From the IMG/VR virus record IMGVR_UViG_3300042894_003697: 64,000 nucleotides of DNA. One strand, given 5' to 3'. A program made the translations under genes and the position numbers. Origin of the DNA: an uncultured virus (IMG/VR IMGVR_UViG_3300042894_003697) (taxonomy: Duplodnaviria > Heunggongvirae > Uroviricota > Caudoviricetes). Below the pieces are notes generated by a model that worked only from the letters and a program-made list of their open reading frames with translations, did no database searches and was not told the DNA's origin. This document shows, piece after piece, positions 51,132 to 61,541 of this stretch; positions within the stretch are counted from its first letter, which is position 1; each line of letters starts with the position of its first letter.

Positions 51132-51408
51132 AGAACAAGACAAAATTAAACATTCCAAACGACTACAAAAAGATGAAAACGCTATAAAAAAACAAACAAA
51201 GATTGCTAAAGAATTTGGAATACCTGTTGAAGAACCTCACAAGTTTGTCAAACATCACGCAATGAACTGCGGCAATCCAAAATGTGTAATGTGCAGTAAT
51301 CCTCGTAAAACTCTTAAAGAATTAACCCAACAAGAAAAACGGTTGTTTCAAGATGTTGACACCCCTAATGACAAACACAGCAACGGATTGAAACCCAAAG
51401 ATGAATGA
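51124..51408 (+). CDS. Small basic hypothetical protein with putative Zn site
   Basis: HHAMNCGNPKCVMC. Confidence 0.65.
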   Translation: MSKEQDKIKHSKRLQKDENAIKKQTKIAKEFGIPVEEPHKFVKHHAMNCGNPKCVMCSNPRKTLKELTQQEKRLFQDVDTPNDKHSNGLKPKDE

Positions 51409-51745
51409 AACTACAGAAAACTTTTGGGCCGCCTGGGCAATACCAGCAACTCCTCCAATCCTTCCATTTTATAGATTGTACCATGATGAGCAAGGATATC
51501 TATTATTTTATAGCATGGAAGATGTTCCAGGTAATTACATAGAGATTGACCAAGAAACATTTGCAGCCAGTTCCCCAAGAGTCAAAGTCATTGATGGTCA
51601 ACTGTATCATATAAAAACCAGCAGAGTATTGAAATTAGTGCCCGCAGATCAAGGACAAGCATGTGATCCTAGAGATGTTGCAGTAATAACTACAGAATCA
51701 AATAAACAATATTGGAAGGTGAAAACCACAGATGAAACAAGTTGA
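51401..51745 (+). CDS. Hypothetical protein
   Basis: 114-aa ORF overlapping both neighbours in operon fashion. Confidence 0.65.
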   Translation: MNETTENFWAAWAIPATPPILPFYRLYHDEQGYLLFYSMEDVPGNYIEIDQETFAASSPRVKVIDGQLYHIKTSRVLKLVPADQGQACDPRDVAVITTESNKQYWKVKTTDETS

Positions 51746-52664
51746 CATAGCAGATTTAGACTGCATTTATCTTTCATATGACGAACCACAACGCGAAGAA
51801 TTTTGGGTTAAAATTCGCAATATGATTCCGTGGGCCAAACGTGTTGACAGTGTTAAAGGGTCAGACGCAGCTCATAAAGCTGCTGCAGATGTCAGTGACA
51901 CAGAAAGATTTATTTTGATTGATGGCGATAATATGCCAGACGAAAAGTTTTTCAACTTGACATTAGCGTTGCCAGATGAGCAATGGGAGTCTGCAGTATT
52001 TCGCTGGCGAGCACAAAATCACATCAACGGTCTTATGTATGGCAATGGTGGATTAAGTTCCTGGACAAAAACATTTGTTAACAACATGCAAACTCACGAA
52101 GCCACCGACGGCCGAGCTGAAACTGAAGTTGAATTTTGTTTTGATCCACTGTATTGGGCCATGCATGACTGCTATAGCATAACATATCCCAATGGATCTG
52201 CTTATCATGCCTGGAGAGCAGGATTTCGTGAAGGTGTAAAGATGTGTTTGGATCGAGGAAAACGCCCAGACATCACTGAATTCAAAGACCGTGTGCATAG
52301 TAGAAATTTAGATCATCTAACTATTTGGCACAATGTAGGCCGCGATGTTGAGTACGGTATATGGGCTATTGCTGGTGCTAGAATGGGCACATACATGACC
52401 ATGATTACTCCACAGTGGGACTATAGAACTGTACAAAATTTTGATGAGCTAACAACGTTATGGGACACAGTCAAAGACAGTGATCCAGAATTATTGGCAG
52501 GCAGAGTAGCAGAAGATTTAATCACGCAATTGGATTTGCCTATCAACATGATGTTAGCAAAAGAAAGTGCGTTTTTTAAACATCATTACAGATCAAATTG
52601 GCACAATCGAGGTGTTATGATTCGAGAAATCGATGTAATTCGTAATCAGGAAGGGCGGAAATGA
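51732..52664 (+). CDS. Putative GT-A glycosyltransferase
   Basis: LSYDEP, RVDSVKGSDAAHK, FILIDGDN (DxD), NGLMYGNGG, AWRAGFREGVK. Confidence 0.6.
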   Translation: MKQVDIADLDCIYLSYDEPQREEFWVKIRNMIPWAKRVDSVKGSDAAHKAAADVSDTERFILIDGDNMPDEKFFNLTLALPDEQWESAVFRWRAQNHINGLMYGNGGLSSWTKTFVNNMQTHEATDGRAETEVEFCFDPLYWAMHDCYSITYPNGSAYHAWRAGFREGVKMCLDRGKRPDITEFKDRVHSRNLDHLTIWHNVGRDVEYGIWAIAGARMGTYMTMITPQWDYRTVQNFDELTTLWDTVKDSDPELLAGRVAEDLITQLDLPINMMLAKESAFFKHHYRSNWHNRGVMIREIDVIRNQEGRK

Positions 52665-53584
52665 AAAAATTATTAATCACAGGCAGTAGTGGGTTTATTG
52701 GACAACACATGTTGTCTAGACTAAAGGACAAATTTGAAATATATTGTTTAAAAAGTGATCTAAGAGATCACAAAACAGTTAACAAAGAAGTTCAATCATT
52801 CAATCCTGATTTAGTAATACATCTAGCAGCCAGAACAGAAGTAGAACAAAGTTTTTATGAACAGGTAGAGTTTTCTGAAATCAATTATGTAGGAACCGTT
52901 AATTTAATTGAATCTATGCTACAATGTAAAAAGATTCCAAAATTAATTTTTGCTAGCACTATGGAAGTATATGGTTGGCAACCAGTTAGCGACTTAGTTA
53001 AAAATGGCAACATACCGGACAGTATTCCGACGTTTGATCCGGATACAACTATACCCAACCCTAATGCACCTTACGCTGTAGCAAAGTTTGGTTGCGAAAA
53101 ATATATTGAATATGCACATCGCAGTTGTGGACTACAATATGTAATAGTTCGACAAACCAACGCTTATGGTCGCCATGACAATAATTTTTTTGTAACCGAA
53201 CAAATTATTACACAAATGCTAGATAACTCAGACCAATGTAATTTAGGCTACCAAGAACCCTACAGAAATTTTATTTTTATTACGGATCTATTAGATGCAT
53301 GGGAAATTATGATCGACCAATTTGATCAAATATCAAATAATATTTTTACTGTAGGACCCAACAATGCTATTAGTATTGATGCGTATGCTAAACTTATTGC
53401 TAAAAAACTCAACTGGAACGGCACTATTAGCTGGAACACAAAGCCCAAACGCCCTGGTGAAATCTGGGTCTTAAACAGCAGCGAAGAAAAGTTAACACAG
53501 TTCACTGGGTGGAAACCAAAAGTATCGTTAGATGAAGGATTAGACAAAACTATCGAGATATGGAAAAAAATCAAACATTTATAA
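52661..53584 (+). CDS. NAD-dependent nucleotide-sugar epimerase/dehydratase (extended SDR)
   Basis: ITGSSGFIG, HLAA, YAVAK (YxxxK), NAYG, RNFIFITD. Confidence 0.9.
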   Translation: MKKLLITGSSGFIGQHMLSRLKDKFEIYCLKSDLRDHKTVNKEVQSFNPDLVIHLAARTEVEQSFYEQVEFSEINYVGTVNLIESMLQCKKIPKLIFASTMEVYGWQPVSDLVKNGNIPDSIPTFDPDTTIPNPNAPYAVAKFGCEKYIEYAHRSCGLQYVIVRQTNAYGRHDNNFFVTEQIITQMLDNSDQCNLGYQEPYRNFIFITDLLDAWEIMIDQFDQISNNIFTVGPNNAISIDAYAKLIAKKLNWNGTISWNTKPKRPGEIWVLNSSEEKLTQFTGWKPKVSLDEGLDKTIEIWKKIKHL

Positions 53585-54528
53585 TTCACGGAACCAATGA
53601 TAAACTTTGGAACTTTCAAGAACTAATTGGTTACTTGGTTAAAAATCAACACAAGCATATTTCCTTAGTTATAAATCCAGAAGCCATCTGTCTTGAAACT
53701 CTGGGAATTTATAAATTATTAGAACATTTCAGTTTTGAACAAGTTGATATTTACACAGAAAATTGTTTAGAAAAACATAGCAAGTACAATATTATACAAT
53801 TTGATTTTAGAACATCGTGGCTCAAACAAAAATGGAACGTTGATGCTGAGTATCATTCTTGGAATCAAAAAAAAGTCTTTTTAGCATTTTATCATAGACC
53901 TACCGCCAGCAGACTAGGATTAGCATCTCACTTGTACTGTACTCATCCGGCAGCTTCATTGGTGCATTTTTCTTCTTTTGTTAATAGCACAGAGACAATT
54001 TATCATTTTGAACTTGATAAACTATTGTCATATGATATACAATCCGTAAAAAATGCAACTAGCATGATACCAGATATGCCAATTTGGTCCAACGGCAAAG
54101 AAGATCTTACTCTTATTAAAAAATTTATAGTTGACGAAAATGTGGACACTATACTTAAAACAATCTATCAAGACATATTAATCGACGTAGTCAGTGAAAG
54201 TCATTCACTTGGAAATACGTTTTATGTAACAGAAAAAACTGTACGACCTATGTGGCTGAAAAAACCATTTATAGTATTTGCTTCTTGTAATTATCTTTTG
54301 TATCTTAAACAGATGGGATTCAGGACCTTTAGTGATTTTTGGTCTGAAGAATATGACGGATACGAAGGACGAGATCGATATGTCAGAATTTTGAATTTGA
54401 TTGATGAAATTGCCAAAAAACCTGCTAGTGAACTAGAACGCATGTATTGGGATATGCAAGATATCCTTGATTGCAATTATAATTTATTACACGATCAAAC
54501 TTACCAAACAAATATTACTGCTATATGA
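53560..54528 (+). CDS. Putative glycosyltransferase (GT10/GT-B-like), paralogue 2
   Basis: DVVSES...YVTEKTVRPMWLKKPFIVF...MGFRTFSDFWSEEYD. Confidence 0.55.
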   Translation: MEKNQTFIIHGTNDKLWNFQELIGYLVKNQHKHISLVINPEAICLETLGIYKLLEHFSFEQVDIYTENCLEKHSKYNIIQFDFRTSWLKQKWNVDAEYHSWNQKKVFLAFYHRPTASRLGLASHLYCTHPAASLVHFSSFVNSTETIYHFELDKLLSYDIQSVKNATSMIPDMPIWSNGKEDLTLIKKFIVDENVDTILKTIYQDILIDVVSESHSLGNTFYVTEKTVRPMWLKKPFIVFASCNYLLYLKQMGFRTFSDFWSEEYDGYEGRDRYVRILNLIDEIAKKPASELERMYWDMQDILDCNYNLLHDQTYQTNITAI

Positions 54529-55937
54529 CAAACAAAGGCAACAAAGTTGTAACAGACTCTAAATCAAAATTTCTAAGTTCTGCAGAACAAATGAAAGAAG
54601 AGCTAGGACCTGCACTATGCTTGGCCAAATGGAAACAGGTCAGTTTGCATCTCACAACTGGACTTAATAATAGTTGCTACCATCCACCATTACATTCAAT
54701 GGATCCAACAGCAATCGCATCCAATCCATCAGCATTGCATAACACCGAGCACAAAAAAGCACAACGCAAGATCATGCTAAAACAAGAGCGGCCTACCGAA
54801 TGCAGTTATTGTTGGAACATGGAAGATAATGACAAACTCAGTGATCGTCATTACAGATCTGGGGAGCCCTGGGCCGCAGTTGACTTTGAAAAGATCAAAC
54901 ACTCTTCAGGAGACGAAGATGTTGTGCCAAGCTATGTTGAAGTCAATTTTAATCATGCTTGTAATCTGGCATGCAGTTATTGTAGCCCACAATTTAGCTC
55001 ATCGTGGCAGTCCGAAGTTAACAGATTTGGTGGATATCCTACTAGTACTACTCATAATGATCCTAAGCATTTTACAGGGCGCAATCGTCCTATACCTGTA
55101 AAAGAACACAATCCGTATGTAGAAGCGTTCTGGCGTTGGTGGCCTACACTGTATCCAGAACTTAGACATTTCCGTATGACAGGCGGTGAGCCTCTAATGG
55201 ACAAAAATACATATCGTGTGTTTGACTATGTGTTGGCAAATCCCAAATCAGATCTGCATTTGAATGTTACCAGTAACTTTTCAGTGGAGGAAAGTCTATG
55301 GCAAAAGTATAAAGAATCAGTTAAACAATTATGCGAAGGCGAAAAAATTGAGCACTTTATGCAGTACGTTAGCCTTGACTCGTGGGCAGAGCAAGCAGAA
55401 TATATTCGGCATGGATTAGATTTTGATCTCTTATGGGATCGTGTAAATCAATTTTTAACAGAAATACCAGGGCGCAATAGCATAACATTTATTATAACTA
55501 TGAATAATCTAAGTGTTACAGGCTTTTCTAAACTCATGGCTGGTATTCTTGGCCTAAGAAAAATCTACAGTAAAACATATCAACGAGTATGGTTTGATAC
55601 CCCGTTACTAAGACAACCCACATGGCAGAGTTTGCAATTGTTGCCAGAAAGCTATGCAGATCAACTGGAACATCTGTGGGGATGCATGCTAGGTCAAATT
55701 GAAACTGAAGATGACCCATTTCACGGATTTAAAGACTACGAACTGCAACGATTAGACAGAGATATTGCTTGGATGAGGGATGGGCAGCAATTAGATACGG
55801 CATACTTGCAACGTAACAAAGCAGACTTCTATCGTTTTTTCAGTGAAGCTGATCGCAGACATGGCACAGATTTTTTAACTATATTTCCTGAAATGTCGTC
55901 ATGGTGGAAGGAGTGCCAATATTATGCCAAAAATTAA
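54525..55937 (+). CDS. Radical SAM protein with N-terminal twitch-like Cys cluster
   Basis: CLAKW...SCYHP...CSYCW, CNLACSYC (CxxxCxxC), TGGEPL. Confidence 0.88.
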   Translation: MTNKGNKVVTDSKSKFLSSAEQMKEELGPALCLAKWKQVSLHLTTGLNNSCYHPPLHSMDPTAIASNPSALHNTEHKKAQRKIMLKQERPTECSYCWNMEDNDKLSDRHYRSGEPWAAVDFEKIKHSSGDEDVVPSYVEVNFNHACNLACSYCSPQFSSSWQSEVNRFGGYPTSTTHNDPKHFTGRNRPIPVKEHNPYVEAFWRWWPTLYPELRHFRMTGGEPLMDKNTYRVFDYVLANPKSDLHLNVTSNFSVEESLWQKYKESVKQLCEGEKIEHFMQYVSLDSWAEQAEYIRHGLDFDLLWDRVNQFLTEIPGRNSITFIITMNNLSVTGFSKLMAGILGLRKIYSKTYQRVWFDTPLLRQPTWQSLQLLPESYADQLEHLWGCMLGQIETEDDPFHGFKDYELQRLDRDIAWMRDGQQLDTAYLQRNKADFYRFFSEADRRHGTDFLTIFPEMSSWWKECQYYAKN

Positions 55938-55985
55938 AATTAAATTTAACAGCGGTAGCATAGTAGAAGATGTACGGAAACATAA

Positions 55986-56999
55986 ATGAAAACTGCTCTC
56001 ATCACTGGTATCACAGGCATGGTAGGATCGCACCTGGCGGATTTTTTGTATGAAAATACCAATTGGAACATCATTGGTCTAACCAGATGGAGAAGTCCGT
56101 TAGAAAACATAAAGAATTTAATCGACCCGATCAACAACAAATGTCGTGTAAAACTTATCTATGGCGATCTGAATGATGATAACTCTTTGGATTTGGCTAT
56201 CAAGACTGCTATGCCAGATTATGTATTCCACCTAGCAGCACAAAGTTTTCCACTGACCAGTTTCACTTCTCCGGTAGATACGCTCAATACCAATGTTTTG
56301 GGCACAGCACGATTATTAGAGGCAATTAAAAAAAACAAACCTGATTGTATTGTGCATGTGTGTGCATCGTCTGAAGTATTTGGTAGAGTCAGTAAAGATA
56401 AACTACCAATTGATGAAGAATGTTTGTTTCATCCAGCCAGTCCTTATGCTATATCTAAAACAGGCACAGACCTATTGGGTAGATTTTACGCAGAAGCATA
56501 TAAGATGAATATAATGACCACACGAATGTTTACGCACACCGGTCCACGGCGTGGTGATGTATTTGCCGAATCATCTTTTGCTAAACAAATTGCTTTGATT
56601 GAAGCAGGATATATTGATCCAGTTGTAAAGGTTGGAAATTTAAAAAGCCTCAGAACAGTTGCTGATGTTAGAGATGCAGTAAGAGCTTATTATATGTTGG
56701 TTACAATAAATCCTATTCCAGGAGAATACTATAATATAGGTGGAACATATTCCTGCACAGTGGAAGACATTCTACATACATTAATCAACATGTCAACTGC
56801 AAAAGACAAGATAAAAATTGAAGTAGATCCTGACAGAATACGGCCAATTGACGCAGACCTGCAGGTGCCAAACACAAATAAATTCACCCTACACACTGGC
56901 TGGCAACCTGAGATATCATTTGAACAAACCATGCGTGATCTGCTTGATTACTGGAGAGAACAAGTAATGACACATAAAGGAAAGTTTTTAGTAAGATGA
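55986..56999 (+). CDS. dmhA: GDP-sugar 4,6-dehydratase, DmhA/WcbK-like (GDP-manno-heptose dehydratase subgroup of Gmd)
   Basis: ITGITGMVGS.LAD, RW..P.ENI, HLAAQSFP, SPYAISK.GTD.LGRFY.EAY, THTGPRR.DVF.ES..AKQIALIEAG, RPIDAD. Confidence 0.75.
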   Translation: MKTALITGITGMVGSHLADFLYENTNWNIIGLTRWRSPLENIKNLIDPINNKCRVKLIYGDLNDDNSLDLAIKTAMPDYVFHLAAQSFPLTSFTSPVDTLNTNVLGTARLLEAIKKNKPDCIVHVCASSEVFGRVSKDKLPIDEECLFHPASPYAISKTGTDLLGRFYAEAYKMNIMTTRMFTHTGPRRGDVFAESSFAKQIALIEAGYIDPVVKVGNLKSLRTVADVRDAVRAYYMLVTINPIPGEYYNIGGTYSCTVEDILHTLINMSTAKDKIKIEVDPDRIRPIDADLQVPNTNKFTLHTGWQPEISFEQTMRDLLDYWREQVMTHKGKFLVR

Positions 57000-57997
57000 T
57001 TATTGTTAGAACACCTTATAGAATTTCTTTCTTTGGCGGCGGCACTGATTATCCAGCCTGGTACCAAGAGAATAATGGAATAGTGCTGTCAACTACTATA
57101 AACAAATATTCTTTTCTAGTAATTAGAAAACTGCCAGAAATCTTTGATTACAAATATCGTATTCGATACTATGAAAAAGAAGAAGTCAATTCGGTGGATC
57201 AAATACAAATTCCTGTTATACGCGAAGCAATAAAATATATGAAAATTACCGAAGGCGTTGATATCACACATCACGGCGATCTTCCGAATAGATCCGGAGT
57301 CGGATCTAGTTCCAGCTTTACAGTATCTTTACTGCACGGATTGGCTGCTTTACGCAACCAACAAAGAACCAAAAGAGAACTAGCATTAGGGGCAATACAT
57401 TTAGAACAAAATATATTAAAAGAAAGTGTAGGATCGCAGGATCAAGTGGCAGCCAGTTTTGGTGGATTTAACAAAATAGAATTTGGTGGGCAGTCTGACT
57501 TTATGTGTCATCCTTTACCTATTAATAAATCCACATTGGATTCTTTGGAATCTTGGGTTCAAATATTTTTTACAGAAGATCTAAGAAACTCAGCCGACAT
57601 TGCAGAAAAAACAATATCAAATATTAAAAATAAAACAATTTTATTAAAAGACATGATGTCATTGACATCTGAGGCTCTGAACATGTTGTTTGCAAATGAT
57701 ATAAATTCCTTTTCAAAGTTATTAAATGAAGAATGGCAGATTAAAAAATCTATAGAAAAATCAATAACAAATGATAAAATTGATGCCATTATACAATCTG
57801 GACTGGCCAATGGTGCAGTTGGAGCCAAATTATTGGGTGCCGGCGGTGGCGGATTTGTTTTATTTCTAACTCCTCCGGAGCAGCAAAAACAAGTAACAGA
57901 TGCATTAAATCTAAAAGAAGTTCCTGTCGATTTTGAATATCTAGGAAGCCAGTTAATTTACTGCGACTATCAAGACAGAGAGAAACACTATGACTAA
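56996..57997 (+). CDS. hddA: D-glycero-alpha-D-manno-heptose-7-phosphate kinase-like GHMP kinase
   Basis: RTPYRISFFGGGTD, P.RSGVGSSS, GSQDQ..ASFGGFN, GAKLLGAGGGGF. Confidence 0.85.
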   Translation: MIIVRTPYRISFFGGGTDYPAWYQENNGIVLSTTINKYSFLVIRKLPEIFDYKYRIRYYEKEEVNSVDQIQIPVIREAIKYMKITEGVDITHHGDLPNRSGVGSSSSFTVSLLHGLAALRNQQRTKRELALGAIHLEQNILKESVGSQDQVAASFGGFNKIEFGGQSDFMCHPLPINKSTLDSLESWVQIFFTEDLRNSADIAEKTISNIKNKTILLKDMMSLTSEALNMLFANDINSFSKLLNEEWQIKKSIEKSITNDKIDAIIQSGLANGAVGAKLLGAGGGGFVLFLTPPEQQKQVTDALNLKEVPVDFEYLGSQLIYCDYQDREKHYD

Positions 57998-58940
57998 AAT
58001 TTATGTTGCTGGACATCGTGGATTGGTTGGATCTACCATTGTGAAGATGTTGTTAATGCATGGAGTTCATCCAGTGGATATTATTACTAGAACCCACAGC
58101 GAATTAGATTTGACTGATCAACATGCGGTGAATAAATTTTTTAAATCAACACCAATTGATCAAGTTTATTTTGCCGCTGCCAAGGTTGGCGGAGTAATGG
58201 CCAACAATAATTACCCGGCTGAATTTATCTATAAAAATTTAATAATGCAAACCAATGTTATCAATGCCGCGCATGTAAACAATATACAAAAATTTTTAAT
58301 GATTGGATCCACTTGTATCTACCCACGAGTAACTGAGCAACCGATAAAAGAAACAGCGTTACTCTCAGGATATCTCGAATCAACCAACGAACCCTATGCT
58401 GTTGCCAAAATTGCTGCATTAAAGATGTGCGAAAGCTATAATAGACAATACAATAGAGATTACAGAACAGTGTTGCCGTGTAATGTGTATGGCCCTGGGG
58501 ATAATTATGATCCTGTTAATGGGCATGTGACCGCTGGAATGATACAAAATTTTCACAATGCAAAAATTCAAAATAGTCCAACAGTTAAAATTTGGGGCAC
58601 TGGCACGCCACGTCGTGAATTTTTATATTCAGAAGACATGGCCAATGGTTGTATAACCGTTATGAATCTTGAAAAACAACAATGGGATTCTGTTACCGAA
58701 CCAATGAGAAACTTTATTAATCTCAGTCAAGGAGTTGATATTACAATCAAAGAAATGGCACAGACGGTGGCATCAGTGGTTGGATTCACTGGCAACATTG
58801 AATTTGATACAACCAAGCCTGACGGAACTATGCGTAAATGCACCAACAACAGCAAACTACTTTCGCTAGGCTGGCAGCCTTCTGTGTCATTAACAGACGG
58901 ATTGCAACACACATACAAGGCATATTTAGAAACACTATGA
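57990..58940 (+). CDS. fcl: GDP-L-fucose synthase-like epimerase/reductase
   Basis: VAGHRGLVGS, AAAKVGG..AN..YPAEFI, STCIYP, LESTNEPYAVAKIA, WGTGTPRREFL, KPDGTMRK. Confidence 0.92.
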   Translation: MTKIYVAGHRGLVGSTIVKMLLMHGVHPVDIITRTHSELDLTDQHAVNKFFKSTPIDQVYFAAAKVGGVMANNNYPAEFIYKNLIMQTNVINAAHVNNIQKFLMIGSTCIYPRVTEQPIKETALLSGYLESTNEPYAVAKIAALKMCESYNRQYNRDYRTVLPCNVYGPGDNYDPVNGHVTAGMIQNFHNAKIQNSPTVKIWGTGTPRREFLYSEDMANGCITVMNLEKQQWDSVTEPMRNFINLSQGVDITIKEMAQTVASVVGFTGNIEFDTTKPDGTMRKCTNNSKLLSLGWQPSVSLTDGLQHTYKAYLETL

Positions 58941-59995
58941 TAACAATTATAGGAGAATTCTTTGCCAAAACTGTGCCGTTTGGGTTACAGGAACACCGTA
59001 TTTTTAATTCTGTAAAAAAACAAATAAACAATAACTTTCCAAGTTCTAACAATTTAATAATAAACACCACTTGGATAGGGCCTCAGTTTGATAATCAATC
59101 ATGGTCGTTGATTCAAAAACTAATAGCTAACAACAAAAAATTTGATAATTTATTTTGGACTGGTATTATCGATCCTATCACAATACTGCCTGATCAAATT
59201 AAAGAGGTAGAGCAGGCATTGTGTTTAGAAAAAATTTTTTATATAGGTGTTGCATTTGATGGCCGCTGTTCATTTAATACTCATTCGATAGTATGCCAAG
59301 AAGAATTTCCAGAATACACACAAGATGAATTAGAACTAAAAGATTTAAAGTTTTTATATGTAAACTACAACAGAAAACCTAAACCATTCAGGATCAAGTT
59401 GGTAGAAAAATTGCACGAACATAACTTAGAAAAATACGGAATAATCTCTTTAGGAAAACCAGAATTACACTATGACGTTTCCCAAGGATTGGACACCGAC
59501 AAATATTATACACTCAATGACAGCACCGATCCTACTAACAACAACAGGTTTCCAATGGTCAAAACATTTGGCAGTGTGCCTGCTGATTTTTGTAGTCTCG
59601 GAGACTTGACCATATGGCAACAGCATTTTTTAAATGTTGTTAGTGAGACAGAATTCTTCCCATGGGATACAGTGTTTCCTACAGAAAAAACACTAAAGCC
59701 GATCATTGGAATGCGACCATTTATAATAAATGGACAAACTACCATATATGATTGGCTACGTCGTCAAGGTTTTCGAACCTTCAATCATTATTTTGACGGT
59801 GTAGAATTAGAAAATATACCAGAGTATGAAGTTCATGATTCTATCATTGCTGTTATACGATACCTTACAACACTAGACAAAAAAGAAATAATTAAAATAT
59901 ACTCTGATATGCTGCCCGATTTAGTACATAATAGAAATAGATTTTTTGAGTATGCCCAAGAGCAAAAATACAAAACGGAACATCTATTTGAATAG
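58937..59995 (+). CDS. Putative glycosyltransferase (GT10/GT-B-like), paralogue 3
   Basis: NYNRKPKPFR, NVVSET...FPTEKTLKPIIGMRPFIING...GFRTF. Start is ATG 58937, coupled to the fcl stop. Confidence 0.55.
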   Translation: MITIIGEFFAKTVPFGLQEHRIFNSVKKQINNNFPSSNNLIINTTWIGPQFDNQSWSLIQKLIANNKKFDNLFWTGIIDPITILPDQIKEVEQALCLEKIFYIGVAFDGRCSFNTHSIVCQEEFPEYTQDELELKDLKFLYVNYNRKPKPFRIKLVEKLHEHNLEKYGIISLGKPELHYDVSQGLDTDKYYTLNDSTDPTNNNRFPMVKTFGSVPADFCSLGDLTIWQQHFLNVVSETEFFPWDTVFPTEKTLKPIIGMRPFIINGQTTIYDWLRRQGFRTFNHYFDGVELENIPEYEVHDSIIAVIRYLTTLDKKEIIKIYSDMLPDLVHNRNRFFEYAQEQKYKTEHLFE

Positions 59996-59998
59996 CCT

Positions 59999-60724
59999 AT
60001 GAAATTTTTTATATTGGGTAGTAGTTGGGGCATGGGAGAATGGACCATAAAAAGTGGTAAGTTTGAATCAATACCCAACACTGGATTAGATTATCACTTG
60101 ACTCAACTTGGGCACACAGTTACAAATATATCCGCCGGTGGCGGCAGTAATTTTGGCCAATTAAGACATGCATACTGGACCCTCAAAGAAAATTCAGACT
60201 ATGATTATATAATTTGGTTTCAGACAGAGTCAATAAGAGACGTAGAAGAAATTCTTATAAACGATCCTGAAGAAGGTCAACGACATTTTCCAAATTTTGA
60301 TATAAGCAATTTCGATGTCGGATTGGATTATCTAGATTTTGAGAATTACAAATATGCACAAACAATTGCAGATGAATACAATATACCGTTTATTGTGATT
60401 GGAGGGCAGAGTCCAGTTAACCCCGTAATTGCCCAATTTTCTTTTGCACAACATATAATACACTGTTGGCTGGCAGAACTACTAGAGTTAAATTTTATTC
60501 CACCAAAAAATACTTTTTTTATTAGATCATGGGATAAATTTAAAAGAATATTAGATCATTATGGTGTTGATCAAAAAGAGTTTATTATTAATAATATAGA
60601 TCAATTAGATAAAGCAAAAATAATACAGGAGTTAACAGTTAAAAGTTTGTTGTTTCCAGACAACTGTCATCCTTCAAGTGAATACTTTAAACAATTAGCG
60701 CAACGAATAATAAAAATGATATGA
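59999..60724 (+). CDS. SGNH/GDSL-like hydrolase or acyltransferase
   Basis: LGSSWG.G, NISAGGGSN, C-terminal DNCHP. Confidence 0.55.
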   Translation: MKFFILGSSWGMGEWTIKSGKFESIPNTGLDYHLTQLGHTVTNISAGGGSNFGQLRHAYWTLKENSDYDYIIWFQTESIRDVEEILINDPEEGQRHFPNFDISNFDVGLDYLDFENYKYAQTIADEYNIPFIVIGGQSPVNPVIAQFSFAQHIIHCWLAELLELNFIPPKNTFFIRSWDKFKRILDHYGVDQKEFIINNIDQLDKAKIIQELTVKSLLFPDNCHPSSEYFKQLAQRIIKMI

Positions 60725-60885
60725 TCAATGACTATAAATTAATATTAGAACAAATTGCCGCAGTAGTCGAAGATTTATGTCAACAAGATCTTGCAAAATT
60801 TCTCTAAGAATGTTATAATGTGTGTGAGTACAATCAACAACACCTTGCAGAAATGCAAGTAAAAGTTAGAAAAGAGTTTTATTAA
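60721..60885 (+). pseudogene. Probable remnant of the C-terminus of a GT10-like paralogue, with an in-frame TAA at 60805
   Basis: Translates MINDYKLILEQIAAVVEDLCQQDLAKFL*ECYNVCEYNQQHLAEMQVKVRKEFY*, similar in pattern to the C-terminal helices of the three intact paralogues. Confidence 0.45.
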
Positions 60886-60893
60886 GGGCATAA

Positions 60894-61541
60894 TTGTTAA
60901 AAGCAGCTATTGTATATGTTCAAGGATCTGGTGGAAATCTTCTATCTAGGACTTTGTCACTGAGTGAAAAAACTGTAGCATATTTGCCGGCGGAATATAG
61001 TCAGCACCAACCCTACTTAAAATTATCCGCTCAACAGAGATTTTTATTGTATAATAATTGGAATTCAGCGGACTGGCCCAGTACAGAAAACGCATTAAAA
61101 ATTTGGTACCATACTGGTCTACAGGATTTTGTTAACTACGAAAATAGTAATCTTTGGTTGATTGATCATTTCCATCCAGCAATGTTTAAATTTGAGTCAG
61201 ACAGAAAACTCTTGTGGGATAATGTAAATTCGTGGGAACAATTAATTTTTATCAAATATCAACCCAGTAGTGTTGAACTAATTAAATATCTGGCTAAGAT
61301 AAAGAGACTAGATTTAGATAGTGTGTATCAACTTGAACAGACCGAATTAGAGACTTTTGATAAATTACAGACTGATTATCAAGCAAACATTATTAACTGG
61401 GAACACATGTTAGAAAAAGACAGCTATGTTGATGTAATACATCAACTGTCTCGAAAACTAGATCTAGATCTAGATTTGGCATTAGTTGTTAAACTTTGGC
61501 AATCATGGAAAACAGCAACGGATAAATTATTAAATGAATGA
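60894..61541 (+). CDS. P-loop / sulfotransferase-like hypothetical protein
   Basis: N-terminal QGSGGNLLSRTL resembles the 5'-PSB loop; C-terminal INWEHML...LDLDLD. Confidence 0.4.
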   Translation: MLKAAIVYVQGSGGNLLSRTLSLSEKTVAYLPAEYSQHQPYLKLSAQQRFLLYNNWNSADWPSTENALKIWYHTGLQDFVNYENSNLWLIDHFHPAMFKFESDRKLLWDNVNSWEQLIFIKYQPSSVELIKYLAKIKRLDLDSVYQLEQTELETFDKLQTDYQANIINWEHMLEKDSYVDVIHQLSRKLDLDLDLALVVKLWQSWKTATDKLLNE

